This document shows, one piece after another, positions 37,062-48,521 of a DNA stretch of 64,000 nucleotides (position 1 is the first letter of the stretch; the number at the start of each line of letters is the position of its first letter). The DNA comes from Polyangiaceae bacterium (lineage in GTDB: Bacteria; Myxococcota_A; Polyangia; Polyangiales; Polyangiaceae). Where the stretch lies: the NCBI GenBank assembly GCA_041389745.1, contig JAWKRF010000008.1:216500-280499 (forward strand). Direction: 5' to 3'. A model generated the notes under the pieces. It saw nothing but the letters and a program-made list of their open reading frames with translations, did not search any database and was not told the origin of the DNA. The translations under genes and the position numbers were made by a program.

Positions 37062-37590
37062 GCAGGCGGTCGATCAGTCGTCCGGGGTCGCTGTCCCAGT
37101 GAAAGAGGTTCGAGTGCTCGGGCTTGATGAAGCCTTCCGTTTCCGCGTGGCGAAGCCACAGCGCGAGGTGCCGGTAGTAGTCGTCGACGTCGAGGACGCC
37201 GATGGGCTTGTGATGGATGGCGAGCTGGGCCCAGGTCGCCACCTCGAACAGCTCTTCGAAGGTCCCGAGGCCGCCCGGGAGCGCGATGAACGCGTCCGCG
37301 AGACTGGCCATGAGCGCCTTGCGAGCGTGCATGTCGACGGTGACGTGCAGCTCCGTCATCCCGGAGTGCGCCAGCTCGCGCTCCTTGAGAGCTTCGGGGA
37401 TCACCCCGATCGCCTGGCCTCCAGCCGCCAGCACGGCGTCGGCGGTCGCCCCCATCAGCCCGACGTGGCCACCACCGTTGACCAGGCCGACGCCGCGCGC
37501 CGCCAGCGCCTGTCCGAGACTCACGGCGGCTTCGCGGTAGCTGGTGCGGTTTCCGGCGCTCGAGCCGCAGAACACGCAGATCCTTTGCAT
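37033..37590 (-). CDS. LOG-family protein (TIGR00730; cytokinin riboside 5-prime-monophosphate phosphoribohydrolase-like)
   Basis: ATG at 37590 (MQRICVFCGSSAG). GGGHVGLMG and PGGLGTFEELFE motifs. Its 3-prime end overlaps the convergent EamA gene by 29 nt. Confidence 0.9.
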   Translation of the reverse strand: MQRICVFCGSSAGNRTSYREAAVSLGQALAARGVGLVNGGGHVGLMGATADAVLAAGGQAIGVIPEALKERELAHSGMTELHVTVDMHARKALMASLADAFIALPGGLGTFEELFEVATWAQLAIHHKPIGVLDVDDYYRHLALWLRHAETEGFIKPEHSNLFHWDSDPGRLIDRLLRSAEKHPG

Positions 37591-37664
37591 CCGCAGGCAC
37601 ATAGCCTCCCCTCGCGAGGGCGCCAATCGTCCCTCGCCGTGAGGCACGTGCCCGACGAGCCGCT

Positions 37665-38228
37665 ATGCTGTGCGGGATGCGACGTGTCCTCCCTCTGGTG
37701 TTCCTGGCTCTGACGACTTTCGGCTGCAGCTCCGACGATGGCTCGGGGAGCGACGGGGCCGCGGGTTCAGGCTGCCCGAACGACGGCAGCAGCTACGACT
37801 CCGAAGCTCAGCAGCTCGAGTGCGACGTGCTGACCTTGGTCAACCAGGTACGCGCTCGAGGAGCCACGTGCGGTGGCGAGGCGATGCCGGCCGTCGGCTC
37901 GCTGCGCATGAACGCGCCGCTGCGTACGGCGGCCCGTAACCATGCCATCGACATGGCGACCCACGACTACTTCGATCACGACAGCCAGGACGGCACCACC
38001 GCCTTCGAGCGCATGACCTCGGCGGGCTACGGCTGGAGCACCGCCGGTGAGAACATTGCCGCGGGGAGCGGGACGGCGCAGGGTGTGATGGATCAGTGGA
38101 TGAACAGCCCAGGGCACTGCAAGAACATCATGAGCGGCGCCTTCGTGGACATCGGCATCGGCTACCGGATGCAGGCCGGGTCGGCGTACACCCACTACTG
38201 GGTTCAGGACTTCGGCTCCCCACGGTAA
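37665..38228 (+). CDS. CAP/SCP/PR-1-like domain lipoprotein
   Basis: Signal plus lipobox LVFLALTTFGCSS. Also HAIDMATHDYFDH, GENIAAG, SPGHCKNIM and HYWVQDFG motifs of CAP (YkwD-like) domains. Confidence 0.85.
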   Translation: MLCGMRRVLPLVFLALTTFGCSSDDGSGSDGAAGSGCPNDGSSYDSEAQQLECDVLTLVNQVRARGATCGGEAMPAVGSLRMNAPLRTAARNHAIDMATHDYFDHDSQDGTTAFERMTSAGYGWSTAGENIAAGSGTAQGVMDQWMNSPGHCKNIMSGAFVDIGIGYRMQAGSAYTHYWVQDFGSPR

Positions 38229-38577
38229 TACTCTCCCGCGCGGGCTCCGGGGGCAAAATGTCCCGGAGGGTCGTCGGCCGTCGTGCCGGTAGATCGCGCC
38301 CAGGCAGTGGCGGGGCGGTTTGGCTTTACAGCGCACTCTGGCGCCTTATCCTTCAGGGAACCCTACGCTCCGCGGTCTCTTGAAGACCGCTCGGAGGCTG
38401 GGGCTGGCGGGAACAGATCCCGCTCCGGACTGGTTGACTTCACGCGCTTGGCCCTCACTGGCCCACCCGCTACCGCTTTTCCGGAGTTCCGCTGGGACTC
38501 GGGAGCCGGGCTGGGTAGGCGGCGCTCGCAGTGCGCGAAACATCGAGACTCACCCCCAAACCCGAGGGAATCGCAGA

Positions 38578-39273
38578 ATGAATCAGTACAACCCCTACCA
38601 ATCCCCTGCGGCGCACGCGCGGCCTGGTTTGGTCGAGGCGCGCGCGCAGTTCATCACCCGAACCTATGGCCATCTGTTCGGGGCCATCGCGGCGTTCACG
38701 GCGATCGAGGTCTTTCTCTTCAAGTCGGGCATCGCCTACGCGCTGTTCCCGATCTTCCGTAGCTGGCTGCTGGTCCTCGGCGCCTTCATGGTGGGCAGCT
38801 GGGTGGCGACGCACTTCGCCCAGTCAGCCAAGTCCAAGGCGTCTCAGTACTTCGGGCTCGGCCTGTACATCGTGCTGGAGGCGATCATCTTCGTGCCCCT
38901 CTTGGCCTTCGCGGAGATGAAGGGCTCGGGTGTCATCGCGAGCGCGGCGGTGGTCACCCTGCTCGGCTTCGCCGGGCTGACGGCGGTCGCCTTCATCACT
39001 CGCAAGGACTTCTCATTCCTTCGCGGTTTCCTAATGTGGGGCGGCATCGTGGCCATGCTGTTGATCGTCGCGGCGGTGCTCTTCGGGCTGCAGCTGGGCG
39101 TGTTCTTCAGCGTCGCGATGGTGGCGTTCGCTGGCGCAGCGATCCTCTACGACACCTCCAACGTGTTGCATCATTACCCCACGGATCGCTACGTCGGGGC
39201 CTCGCTCCACCTGTTCGCCAGCGTGGCGCTGATGTTCTGGTACGTGTTGCGCATCTTCACCTCGCGCAACTAG
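38578..39273 (+). CDS. Bax inhibitor-1/YccA family membrane protein
   Basis: ATG at 38578 (MNQYNPYQSP...FITRTYGHLFGAIAAFT). Seven-TM profile and a C-terminal basic tail typical of BI-1/TMBIM proteins. Confidence 0.85.
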   Translation: MNQYNPYQSPAAHARPGLVEARAQFITRTYGHLFGAIAAFTAIEVFLFKSGIAYALFPIFRSWLLVLGAFMVGSWVATHFAQSAKSKASQYFGLGLYIVLEAIIFVPLLAFAEMKGSGVIASAAVVTLLGFAGLTAVAFITRKDFSFLRGFLMWGGIVAMLLIVAAVLFGLQLGVFFSVAMVAFAGAAILYDTSNVLHHYPTDRYVGASLHLFASVALMFWYVLRIFTSRN

Positions 39274-39314
39274 CGTCCTGTCTCCGCAGTTCGCCATCGG
39301 GCCGCTTTCGAGAC

Positions 39315-39362
39315 GAGGCAACGCTGTGTTGACCTGTTCAGCGAATCATAGATTCGCCTCAC
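39315..39362 (+). repeat. REP-like hairpin element, copy 1
   Basis: GAGGCAACGCTGTGTTGACCTGTTCAGCGAATCATAGATTCGCCTCAC. Contains the hairpin GCGAATC-ATA-GATTCGC. Confidence 0.75.
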
Positions 39363-39476
39363 TAACCTCGCGTCAGGAGAGTCGACGGAGCCCGCTGCCC
39401 CCCGGTGGCGGGCTTCGACGCGTTCGTGCTCTCGCGCAGACATGCGGCGGACCCCTGACAGGCGTTCGCCGTTCCC

Positions 39477-39521
39477 GAAACGCTGCGTTGACTTGTTCGG
39501 CGAATCCCAGATTCGCGTGAC
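39477..39521 (+). repeat. REP-like hairpin element, copy 2
   Basis: GAAACGCTGCGTTGACTTGTTCGGCGAATCCCAGATTCGCGTGAC. Same core and same orientation as copy 1, 160 bp downstream, just upstream of recN. Confidence 0.75.
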
Positions 39522-39575
39522 CAGGACATTTACTGACAGCCTCCGCGCGCCGGAGTTGAGCTACAACGGGCGCGC

Positions 39576-41348
39576 ATGCTGTCTTTCCTGCGCATCCAAG
39601 GGCTGGCGGTGATTGATGAGCTCCAGCTCGAACTCAGCCCCGGACTCAACGTGCTGACCGGTGAGACCGGCGCCGGAAAGTCCATCATCGTCACCGCGCT
39701 CTCGTTGCTGCGTGGCGCGAAGGGCAGCGCGCGCGCCGTGCGCGCCGAGTGCGAGCGCGCGCTGGTTCAGGCCCAGTTCGTCGTGCCCGAGGGGGGCGCG
39801 GTGATGCAGGTCCTGCGCGGGCTCGAGCTGCCGAGCGGAGATGGGGAGCGACGGGAAGTGGTGCTCGAGCGCGTGGTTCCGCGGAGCGGTCGCGGTCGCG
39901 CCCTGATCCAAGGGCAGCTCAGGCCTCAGCCGCAGCTGGCCGAGGTGGGCGAGCGCCTGATCGACATCTGCGGTCAGCACCAGCAGCACAGCCTGGCGCG
40001 CCTGGGCCGTCATCTCGAGCTCCTGGACGAGCACGCGCGAAGCCGCGACAAGCGCTTCTCGGCGCGCCTCGAGGCGTACCAAGCGCGGTTCGCAGAGCTG
40101 CGAGGCATCGAGCGTGAGCTCGAGCGACTGCGCGAGATGCTGGCCCAGGATCCCGCGCTGGGCGACTACCTGGAGCACCAGCTGAACGAGCTGATCGAGC
40201 TGGATCCGCAGCCAGGGGAGTGGGAGGGGGTGAGGGAGCGCCTGGACTCGCTGCGTCGACGTGAGGAGTCCGTGGAGGCCGTGCGCCTGGTGGAGTCCGA
40301 GCTCGAGGAGAGCGACGGCGCCGTCTTGCCCCGACTCGCGGCGCTCGAGCGCCAGCTGCGCGCGCTCCAGGTGGGCGAGTTCGCGGCGCTGAGCAGCGCG
40401 CTCAGCGCCGCAGCCGCCAGCTGTGAAGAGGCGCTCGTCGAGGCGCGCAGGGCGCTGTGCGTCGAGGACGACGCCGAAGAGTCCCTGCAGCGACTGGAGG
40501 AGCGGCAGCATCAGCTGGCGGTGCTGAGGCGCAAGCATGGGCCCGCGCTTTGCGAGGCGCGGGAGCGCCTGGAGGCTCAAGTCGACGAGTGGCGGAGCGG
40601 CGCCGAGCGCATCGCGGCGCTCGACGTACGACGCGAGCAAGCCCTGGCTGCGGCGCTGGAGATCGCCGCCGAGCTCCACGAGCGACGCTGCGAGGTGGCG
40701 CAGGGACTCGCTCGCGAGGTGGAGTGCGAGCTCGAGTCGCTGTGCATGCCGCTCGCGCGCATCGAGATCGCCGTCGAGCGGCTGCCTGCCGAGCGCATTC
40801 ACGGCGCCGGCGTCGATCGCGTGGAGCTCAGGGTCTCCGCAAACCCAGGCGAGCCCGCGGGCCCGCTCAGCGAAGTGGCCAGTGGCGGCGAGCTCTCGCG
40901 CATCCTCCTGGCGCTGCAGTCTGTGAGCAACGCCGGAGGGGGCGTCGCCACCTACGTGTTCGATGAAGTGGACGCTGGCGTCGGCGGCGCCGTCGCCGAC
41001 GCGATCGGGCGGCGGCTCTTGCGCGCCGCACGCAGCGGCCACGGTGACTCTCCCGCGCAGGTGCTGTGTATCACCCACCTGCCTCAAGTGGCGGCGTTCG
41101 CTGATGCGCAGTTCCGCGTGGAAAAGCTTGTCGAGGCTGGGCGGACTCGCACTCGCGTCGTGCGCTTGGGCGAGGCCGAGCGCGTCGAAGAGCTGGCGCG
41201 TATGCTCGGAGGCGCCGAGGTGACTGACAGCGCGAGACACCACGCGCAACGGCTGCTCGACGCCGCCGCCGCGCTGAAGGGGGCCAAGCGCGCGCGGACG
41301 CGCGCGAGCAAGCGCGGCACCAGGAGTCGTCGTACCCGTGCTGCGTGA
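39576..41348 (+). CDS. recN: DNA repair protein RecN
   Basis: MLSFLRIQGLAVIDELQLELSPGLNVLTGETGAGKSIIV (Walker A), long coiled-coil middle, SGGELSRILLAL signature and VFDEVDAGVGG Walker B. Confidence 0.95.
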   Translation: MLSFLRIQGLAVIDELQLELSPGLNVLTGETGAGKSIIVTALSLLRGAKGSARAVRAECERALVQAQFVVPEGGAVMQVLRGLELPSGDGERREVVLERVVPRSGRGRALIQGQLRPQPQLAEVGERLIDICGQHQQHSLARLGRHLELLDEHARSRDKRFSARLEAYQARFAELRGIERELERLREMLAQDPALGDYLEHQLNELIELDPQPGEWEGVRERLDSLRRREESVEAVRLVESELEESDGAVLPRLAALERQLRALQVGEFAALSSALSAAAASCEEALVEARRALCVEDDAEESLQRLEERQHQLAVLRRKHGPALCEARERLEAQVDEWRSGAERIAALDVRREQALAAALEIAAELHERRCEVAQGLAREVECELESLCMPLARIEIAVERLPAERIHGAGVDRVELRVSANPGEPAGPLSEVASGGELSRILLALQSVSNAGGGVATYVFDEVDAGVGGAVADAIGRRLLRAARSGHGDSPAQVLCITHLPQVAAFADAQFRVEKLVEAGRTRTRVVRLGEAERVEELARMLGGAEVTDSARHHAQRLLDAAAALKGAKRARTRASKRGTRSRRTRAA

Positions 41349-41358
41349 GCGGGGTAGC

Positions 41359-43056
41359 TCAGCCGCGAGCAGCCTGGCGGCGGCGTCTGCGGCGGGCCAT
41401 CAGCCCCGCGCCGAGTCCCAGCGCCAGCAGCAGGAGGCTACTGTCCGAGGAACCCGCGCCGACCCGGCATCCACAGCCCGAGTCGTCACTGGAGTCGGCG
41501 CTGGCTGCGCTGGCGCCGCCGCTGGAGTCGCCACCCGAGGCGGCGCCGCCCTGCCCGCCACCGGCGTTCGCGCTTCCGCCCTGGTTGCCGCCTCCCTGAG
41601 CTGTGCCGCCGCTGCTACTGCCGCCAGGGCCTCCGCCCGAGCCTCCGCTGACTCCGGCGTCGGGGTCCGGCATCACGCTGGGATCGTGCCACTCGTAGGC
41701 GCCCACATCCACCGCGCTGCCCTGCGGCCTGGGGATGCCTTCGATGTCGTGGCTCGGAGCATGATCGCTCGTGCCCTGGTCGATGGCTGGAGAGTCGTCG
41801 AGCAGGTGGACGTCGTAGGCAGCGGGGTCGACGAAGAGCTTCAACGGGTCGTCGATCAGCAGGTTGTGGTCCTCGGTGACTCCGCCCGCGTTGGCCAGCG
41901 CAGTGGTGAGGTTGTTCGCCACCAGGCAGTCCACCGGGGCGGTGCCATCCTTGTGATTCTCGATCTTTATCCACGGTGGCCCGGGATCGCTGGTGTTCGG
42001 GTCGAGCACCGTGTTGTTCACGATGCGCGAGTTGCGCGCTCCGTAGAGGCTGATGCCGTGCCAGTGATCGGTGATGATGACGTTGTTCTCGACCACCCAG
42101 TCCACGAACGTACCATCGAAGCAGCCGATGCCCTGCAGCGGTCCGCGCAGGGGCTGGTTCGGATCTTCGTAGTTGATGATCACGTTTCCGCGCAGAACCA
42201 TGCCGGTGACCTCGCCGGTGCCGACGCCGCCAGGTCCGCTGGACCAGGACTGGAAGCCATCGTCGTGGTTGTCGTTCACGTCGTAGCAGTTCTTGACGAG
42301 GTTGTACTGAAACGTGCTGTGATCGCCGAGGCCGCGCATGCCATCGCCCGAGAACGAGTCGACGACGTTGTCCTCCACGAGCGAGTCGCTGGCTCCCACG
42401 CTGATGCCGAAGTTGACGTTCTTCAGTCGGTTGCCGCGGATGGTGATGTTCGACCCGTCAGCGCCGATGCCATTGACCGCACGGGTGTCCCAGTCATTCG
42501 CCGTCCAGCTGGAGGCGTCGGCGACGGACTGGAGCTGGCAGTCTTCCACCGTGACGTCCGAGACCGGTCCGCTGTAGCCGTGGCTGTCCAGGTCGATCAT
42601 CGTCGTGCGTTCGTAGGTCGGCGCGTAGTCGGGGCTCAGCGAGAGTCCACGCACCACCCAGTTCTTTGCCGAGCGGATCAGCAGCGAGGCCAGCTGGGGC
42701 GAGGCGCCAGGTGCTGCCGCGATGGTGATGTCACTGGCATTGTAGTAGCCAGTGATCTCGACAGACCCGTGGTAGCCGCTCAGGAGCCAGATGGTGTCGC
42801 CCGCCTGGATCGGTGCGCCGGGGTTCTTCGGCTCTAGTCGAGAACCCGTGTCGTAGGGCAGCGTGTCCCAGTTCTGGCTGGCGATCAGATCCGCCTCGAC
42901 CACCTCCTGGAGCGTGCGCCACGGGTTGCCTTGAGAGCCGTCTCCGCTGGGGCTGCCGTTGACCGGGTCGACGTAGAAGTCGGTCGCGAAAGCAGCGCTG
43001 CCAAAGCTCAGGACGCAGCCCAAGCTCGCCACGCCTACCCAAACTCGCCTTGCCAT
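41359..43056 (-). CDS. secreted right-handed parallel beta-helix protein with MYXO-CTERM tail
   Basis: Signal MARRVWVGVASLGCVLSFGSAAFA. Repeated beta-helix-like turns (NNVV, GNVIIN, NNTVL). A Gly/Ser spacer follows. The protein ends DDSGCGCRVGAGSSDSSLLLLALGLGAGLMARRRRRRQAARG. Confidence 0.75.
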   Translation of the reverse strand: MARRVWVGVASLGCVLSFGSAAFATDFYVDPVNGSPSGDGSQGNPWRTLQEVVEADLIASQNWDTLPYDTGSRLEPKNPGAPIQAGDTIWLLSGYHGSVEITGYYNASDITIAAAPGASPQLASLLIRSAKNWVVRGLSLSPDYAPTYERTTMIDLDSHGYSGPVSDVTVEDCQLQSVADASSWTANDWDTRAVNGIGADGSNITIRGNRLKNVNFGISVGASDSLVEDNVVDSFSGDGMRGLGDHSTFQYNLVKNCYDVNDNHDDGFQSWSSGPGGVGTGEVTGMVLRGNVIINYEDPNQPLRGPLQGIGCFDGTFVDWVVENNVIITDHWHGISLYGARNSRIVNNTVLDPNTSDPGPPWIKIENHKDGTAPVDCLVANNLTTALANAGGVTEDHNLLIDDPLKLFVDPAAYDVHLLDDSPAIDQGTSDHAPSHDIEGIPRPQGSAVDVGAYEWHDPSVMPDPDAGVSGGSGGGPGGSSSGGTAQGGGNQGGSANAGGGQGGAASGGDSSGGASAASADSSDDSGCGCRVGAGSSDSSLLLLALGLGAGLMARRRRRRQAARG

Positions 43057-43299
43057 GGAGCGATCCTACAGTCCGGCGAGGTGCCCGACCCAGCTGGATC
43101 GTGCCTTTCTTGAGTGCCAAGAACTTGAATAGTTTCAATTATATAGCGTGCAATGGTGGCTTCGCGCCGTCCCCATCGAGAGGTTGGGACCCAGCTTCCT
43201 GGGGTGAGGTCGGGCTGGCGCGCCGACGTTCACCAAGGTTCAGGCTCCCCGCGTCGCTTCGGCGAGCGGCCTCCTCGAGCCCTCGCGCTATGCTGCGCC

Positions 43300-43932
43300 A
43301 TGCTCTTCTCAAGCCTCGGGATCCTCGCGCTCGGCTTCGCCCTCCTCGCGCTGAGTTCGGTCAGGTTGCGTCCCGCGCCCCAGCCCCTGCCCGGGAGCAT
43401 TGCCGTGCGGCATCGGGTTCCGGCGCTTGGACTCGCTCTGGTGCTTGGCGCGGGTCTGGCCGCCGCGGGGTGCTCGAAGCCGGAGCCGCCGACGCTCACG
43501 CCCAAGAAGGGGACGATTCGAGCCGTCGGCCCGACCGGGGTCACCCTTCGCCTCGAGTTCGACGCCTACAACCCCAACGGCTTCGCTCTCAGCGTGCAGT
43601 CGGTGAAGGCCAAGGCGACCTTCGATGACAGCATCAGGCTGCAAGAGGTGACCTCGCCGACCGCGATCTCACTGCCAGCCAAGGCGACCAGCCCGCTGAC
43701 CGCGGACGTGACGGTACCGTTCGACAGTCTGCCGGCGCTGATGACGCTCGCCACGAGCAAGACCGAGGTGCCCTATGTGATCGAGGGTACCGTCGCCGTC
43801 GGGGGCAAGGATCTGAACGTCAATCTGCCGTTCACGCTGAAGGGCAAGGTCACCAGGCAAGAGCTGGTCACCGCGGGGATGAACAGCATCCCGAACCTGC
43901 CTGGGTTGAAGGGGTTGATCCCCGGCCAATGA
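43300..43932 (+). CDS. LEA type 2 / WHy-domain (LEA14-like) lipoprotein
   Basis: LGLALVLGAGLAAAGCSKP lipobox, then VTLRLEFDAYNPNGFALSV...VPYVIEGTVAVGGKDLNVNLPF, typical of LEA_2. ATG 43300 or in-frame GTG 43405 could be the start. Confidence 0.7.
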   Translation: MLFSSLGILALGFALLALSSVRLRPAPQPLPGSIAVRHRVPALGLALVLGAGLAAAGCSKPEPPTLTPKKGTIRAVGPTGVTLRLEFDAYNPNGFALSVQSVKAKATFDDSIRLQEVTSPTAISLPAKATSPLTADVTVPFDSLPALMTLATSKTEVPYVIEGTVAVGGKDLNVNLPFTLKGKVTRQELVTAGMNSIPNLPGLKGLIPGQ

Positions 43933-44774
43933 ACGCGAGGGCGGAAGCAGTGCGGTACACGGAGAGCGCCCCGCGCCTGGCGTACCAGCTGCGGGGCGAG
44001 GGCAGCGCGGGCGCGCCCGTGCTGTTGATCATGGGCTTCGGCATGCCCGGGAGCATGTGGGAGCCCCAGCTCGAAGGCCTCAGCCACGCTCATCCGGTGG
44101 CCTGCTACGACAACCGCGGGATCGGCGACAGCGAGGCGCTGCGCGGCAGAATTTCCATGCGGGAACTTGCCGCGGACGCCGAGCGGGTGCTGGATGCCCT
44201 GGGCTGGGAGCGCGCCCACGTGGTCGGCGTCTCGATGGGTGGCATGGTGGCGCAGCATCTGGCGCTGGCGGTGCCGAGGCGGCTGATCAGCCTGAGCCTG
44301 ATCGCGACCCACGCGGGTGGACCCTTCGGCCTGGTGCCGCGCCTCGAAGGGCTGCGACTGTTCGCCAAGGCGAACCTGTTGCCCGTCGAGCGGCGCCCCG
44401 CGGCGCTCGTGGAGCTGCTCTATCCACCAGAGTTCCGCGCCAGCGTGCGCCTCGAAGTGCTGTCGGAGCGCATGAACGGCGGGCTCGAGCGCCGCGCGCA
44501 CCCGAGGACGCTCAGGGCGCAGCTCCTGGCGATCCTGCGCCACGACACGCGGCGGCGCTTGCGCGGTATCCAGGTGCCGAGTCTCGTGATCAAGCCGGAG
44601 CGCGACCTGCTGGTGAGGCCCAGACACAGCGATCTCCTCGCGGCTCGAATCCCCAGGGCAAGGAAGCTCGACCTTCCGGACGGGGGACATGGAGCGGTCT
44701 TTCAGTGCGCGGACCGTGTCAACGCAGCGTTGCTCGCGCACTTCGCTGCTGCCGAGCAGGGGGAGCAGGAGTGA
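43929..44774 (+). CDS. alpha/beta-fold hydrolase
   Basis: VLLIMGFG, nucleophile elbow VGVSMGGMVAQ and a C-terminal GGHGAV His region. The ATG overlaps the preceding stop (ATGA). Confidence 0.8.
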   Translation: MNARAEAVRYTESAPRLAYQLRGEGSAGAPVLLIMGFGMPGSMWEPQLEGLSHAHPVACYDNRGIGDSEALRGRISMRELAADAERVLDALGWERAHVVGVSMGGMVAQHLALAVPRRLISLSLIATHAGGPFGLVPRLEGLRLFAKANLLPVERRPAALVELLYPPEFRASVRLEVLSERMNGGLERRAHPRTLRAQLLAILRHDTRRRLRGIQVPSLVIKPERDLLVRPRHSDLLAARIPRARKLDLPDGGHGAVFQCADRVNAALLAHFAAAEQGEQE

Positions 44775-44806
44775 GCCCAGGCGACGGTGAGGGAACCACC
44801 CACCCG

Positions 44807-45286
44807 ATGTCGAACGAGACCAGACTCGCAGACCGCGACCAGCGACTCATGGCTGCGATCACCGATGGCCTGCTGCTGATCGTCTCCGTTGCGGCTGGTC
44901 TCGCCATCGCGTCGCAGTTCATGGAGCTCGACCTGGCTGATCCGGACGCTGGCGTGCGCCTGCAGATCGCGGCGCTCGTCTCTTCGGTGCCGATGAACGT
45001 CATCCAGTGGTACCTGGTCGCCAAGAGCGGTCAGACGATCGGCAAGAAGATGCAGCGCATTCGCATCGTCCGCATGGACGGACAGCCCGTCGGCTTCGTT
45101 CACGGCGTCGCGCTGCGGAGCTGGGTGCTGGGCGCGGTGCGCTTCATCGTCACCTGCATGCCGATTCTGGATTGCCTGTATATTTTCCGTGAGGATAGGC
45201 GGTGCATCCACGATCTGATCGCCGACACTCAGGTGATCGCGTTGCCTCCGCTGGAACCTCGGGCAGACGAAGCGCGCCCGAGCTAG
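44807..45286 (+). CDS. RDD-family membrane protein
   Basis: RLMAAITDGLLLIV...GQTIGKKMQRIRIVRMDG...CIHDLIADTQV pattern of RDD domains. An alternative GTG at 44771 would overlap the preceding stop (GTGA). Confidence 0.7.
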   Translation: MSNETRLADRDQRLMAAITDGLLLIVSVAAGLAIASQFMELDLADPDAGVRLQIAALVSSVPMNVIQWYLVAKSGQTIGKKMQRIRIVRMDGQPVGFVHGVALRSWVLGAVRFIVTCMPILDCLYIFREDRRCIHDLIADTQVIALPPLEPRADEARPS

Positions 45287-45333
45287 AGGCGGCGCTGTGC
45301 TGACTTGTTCGGCGAATCATGGATTCGCCTCAC
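45286..45333 (+). repeat. REP-like hairpin element, copy 3
   Basis: GAGGCGGCGCTGTGCTGACTTGTTCGGCGAATCATGGATTCGCCTCAC. Hairpin GGCGAATC-ATG-GATTCGCC. It lies between convergent genes. Confidence 0.75.
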
Positions 45334-45372
45334 CAGAGGCGGCGCACCAGCTCGCGACGGGGATGGCGCTGT

Positions 45373-45387
45373 CTCACCCCCGAACGA
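45373..45387 (+). repeat. CTCACCCCCGAACGA, left member of a 15-bp perfect inverted pair
   Basis: Read directly. Its reverse complement occurs at 48281-48295. Confidence 0.6.
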
Positions 45388-45418
45388 CCCGCCTGCGCCC
45401 TCTGGCTCGAGAACCGGC

Positions 45419-48232
<2,814 letters not shown>

Positions 48233-48280
48233 GGGAAATTCTCGTGGTGGCTCGCTTCCGGCAACGTCGCCGGAGCCTGA

Positions 48281-48295
48281 TCGTTCGGGGGTGAG
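48281..48295 (-). repeat. CTCACCCCCGAACGA (on the reverse strand), right member of the inverted pair
   Basis: Plus strand reads TCGTTCGGGGGTGAG. It lies 49 nt upstream of the preferred radical SAM start. Confidence 0.6.
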
Positions 48296-48521
48296 GCGCG
48301 CTGGTTCTGACGACACCGACCCAAAGAGGCGTGACAGAGGGGAACCGCGTCCCTACCGCGCAACCCTGCGTGAAGCGACTGCCAAACGTGACGCGGCGGA
48401 AGGTTTGAACACTCGAGCCCTCAAGTCAAACTCCCGACCTTCCCGCCAGGCGAGCTGTTCAGCGAAACGTAGCCGGACCACCGAACCCAGACGCTCGCCC
48501 AGAGCTGCGGAGTGAGGGTCG

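Noticed and set aside
39315-39521. Possible LexA (SOS) boxes upstream of recN, because the repeat contains CTGTTCAGCG and the Myxococcus LexA box as I recall it ends in GTTCAGS.
   Set aside because: Only about 7 of the 10 upstream consensus positions match in copy 1, and copies 2 and 3 read GTTCGGC. Copy 3 lies between convergent genes rather than in a promoter. A REP-like element is the better explanation. A real LexA site upstream of recN remains unidentified.
48449-48475. Degenerate fourth copy of the REP-like element (GAGCTGTTCAGCGAAACGTAGCCGGACC).
   Set aside because: It shares only about 12 nt (CTGTTCAGCGAA) with copy 1 and lacks the GCGAATC/GATTCGC hairpin. That is too little to call.
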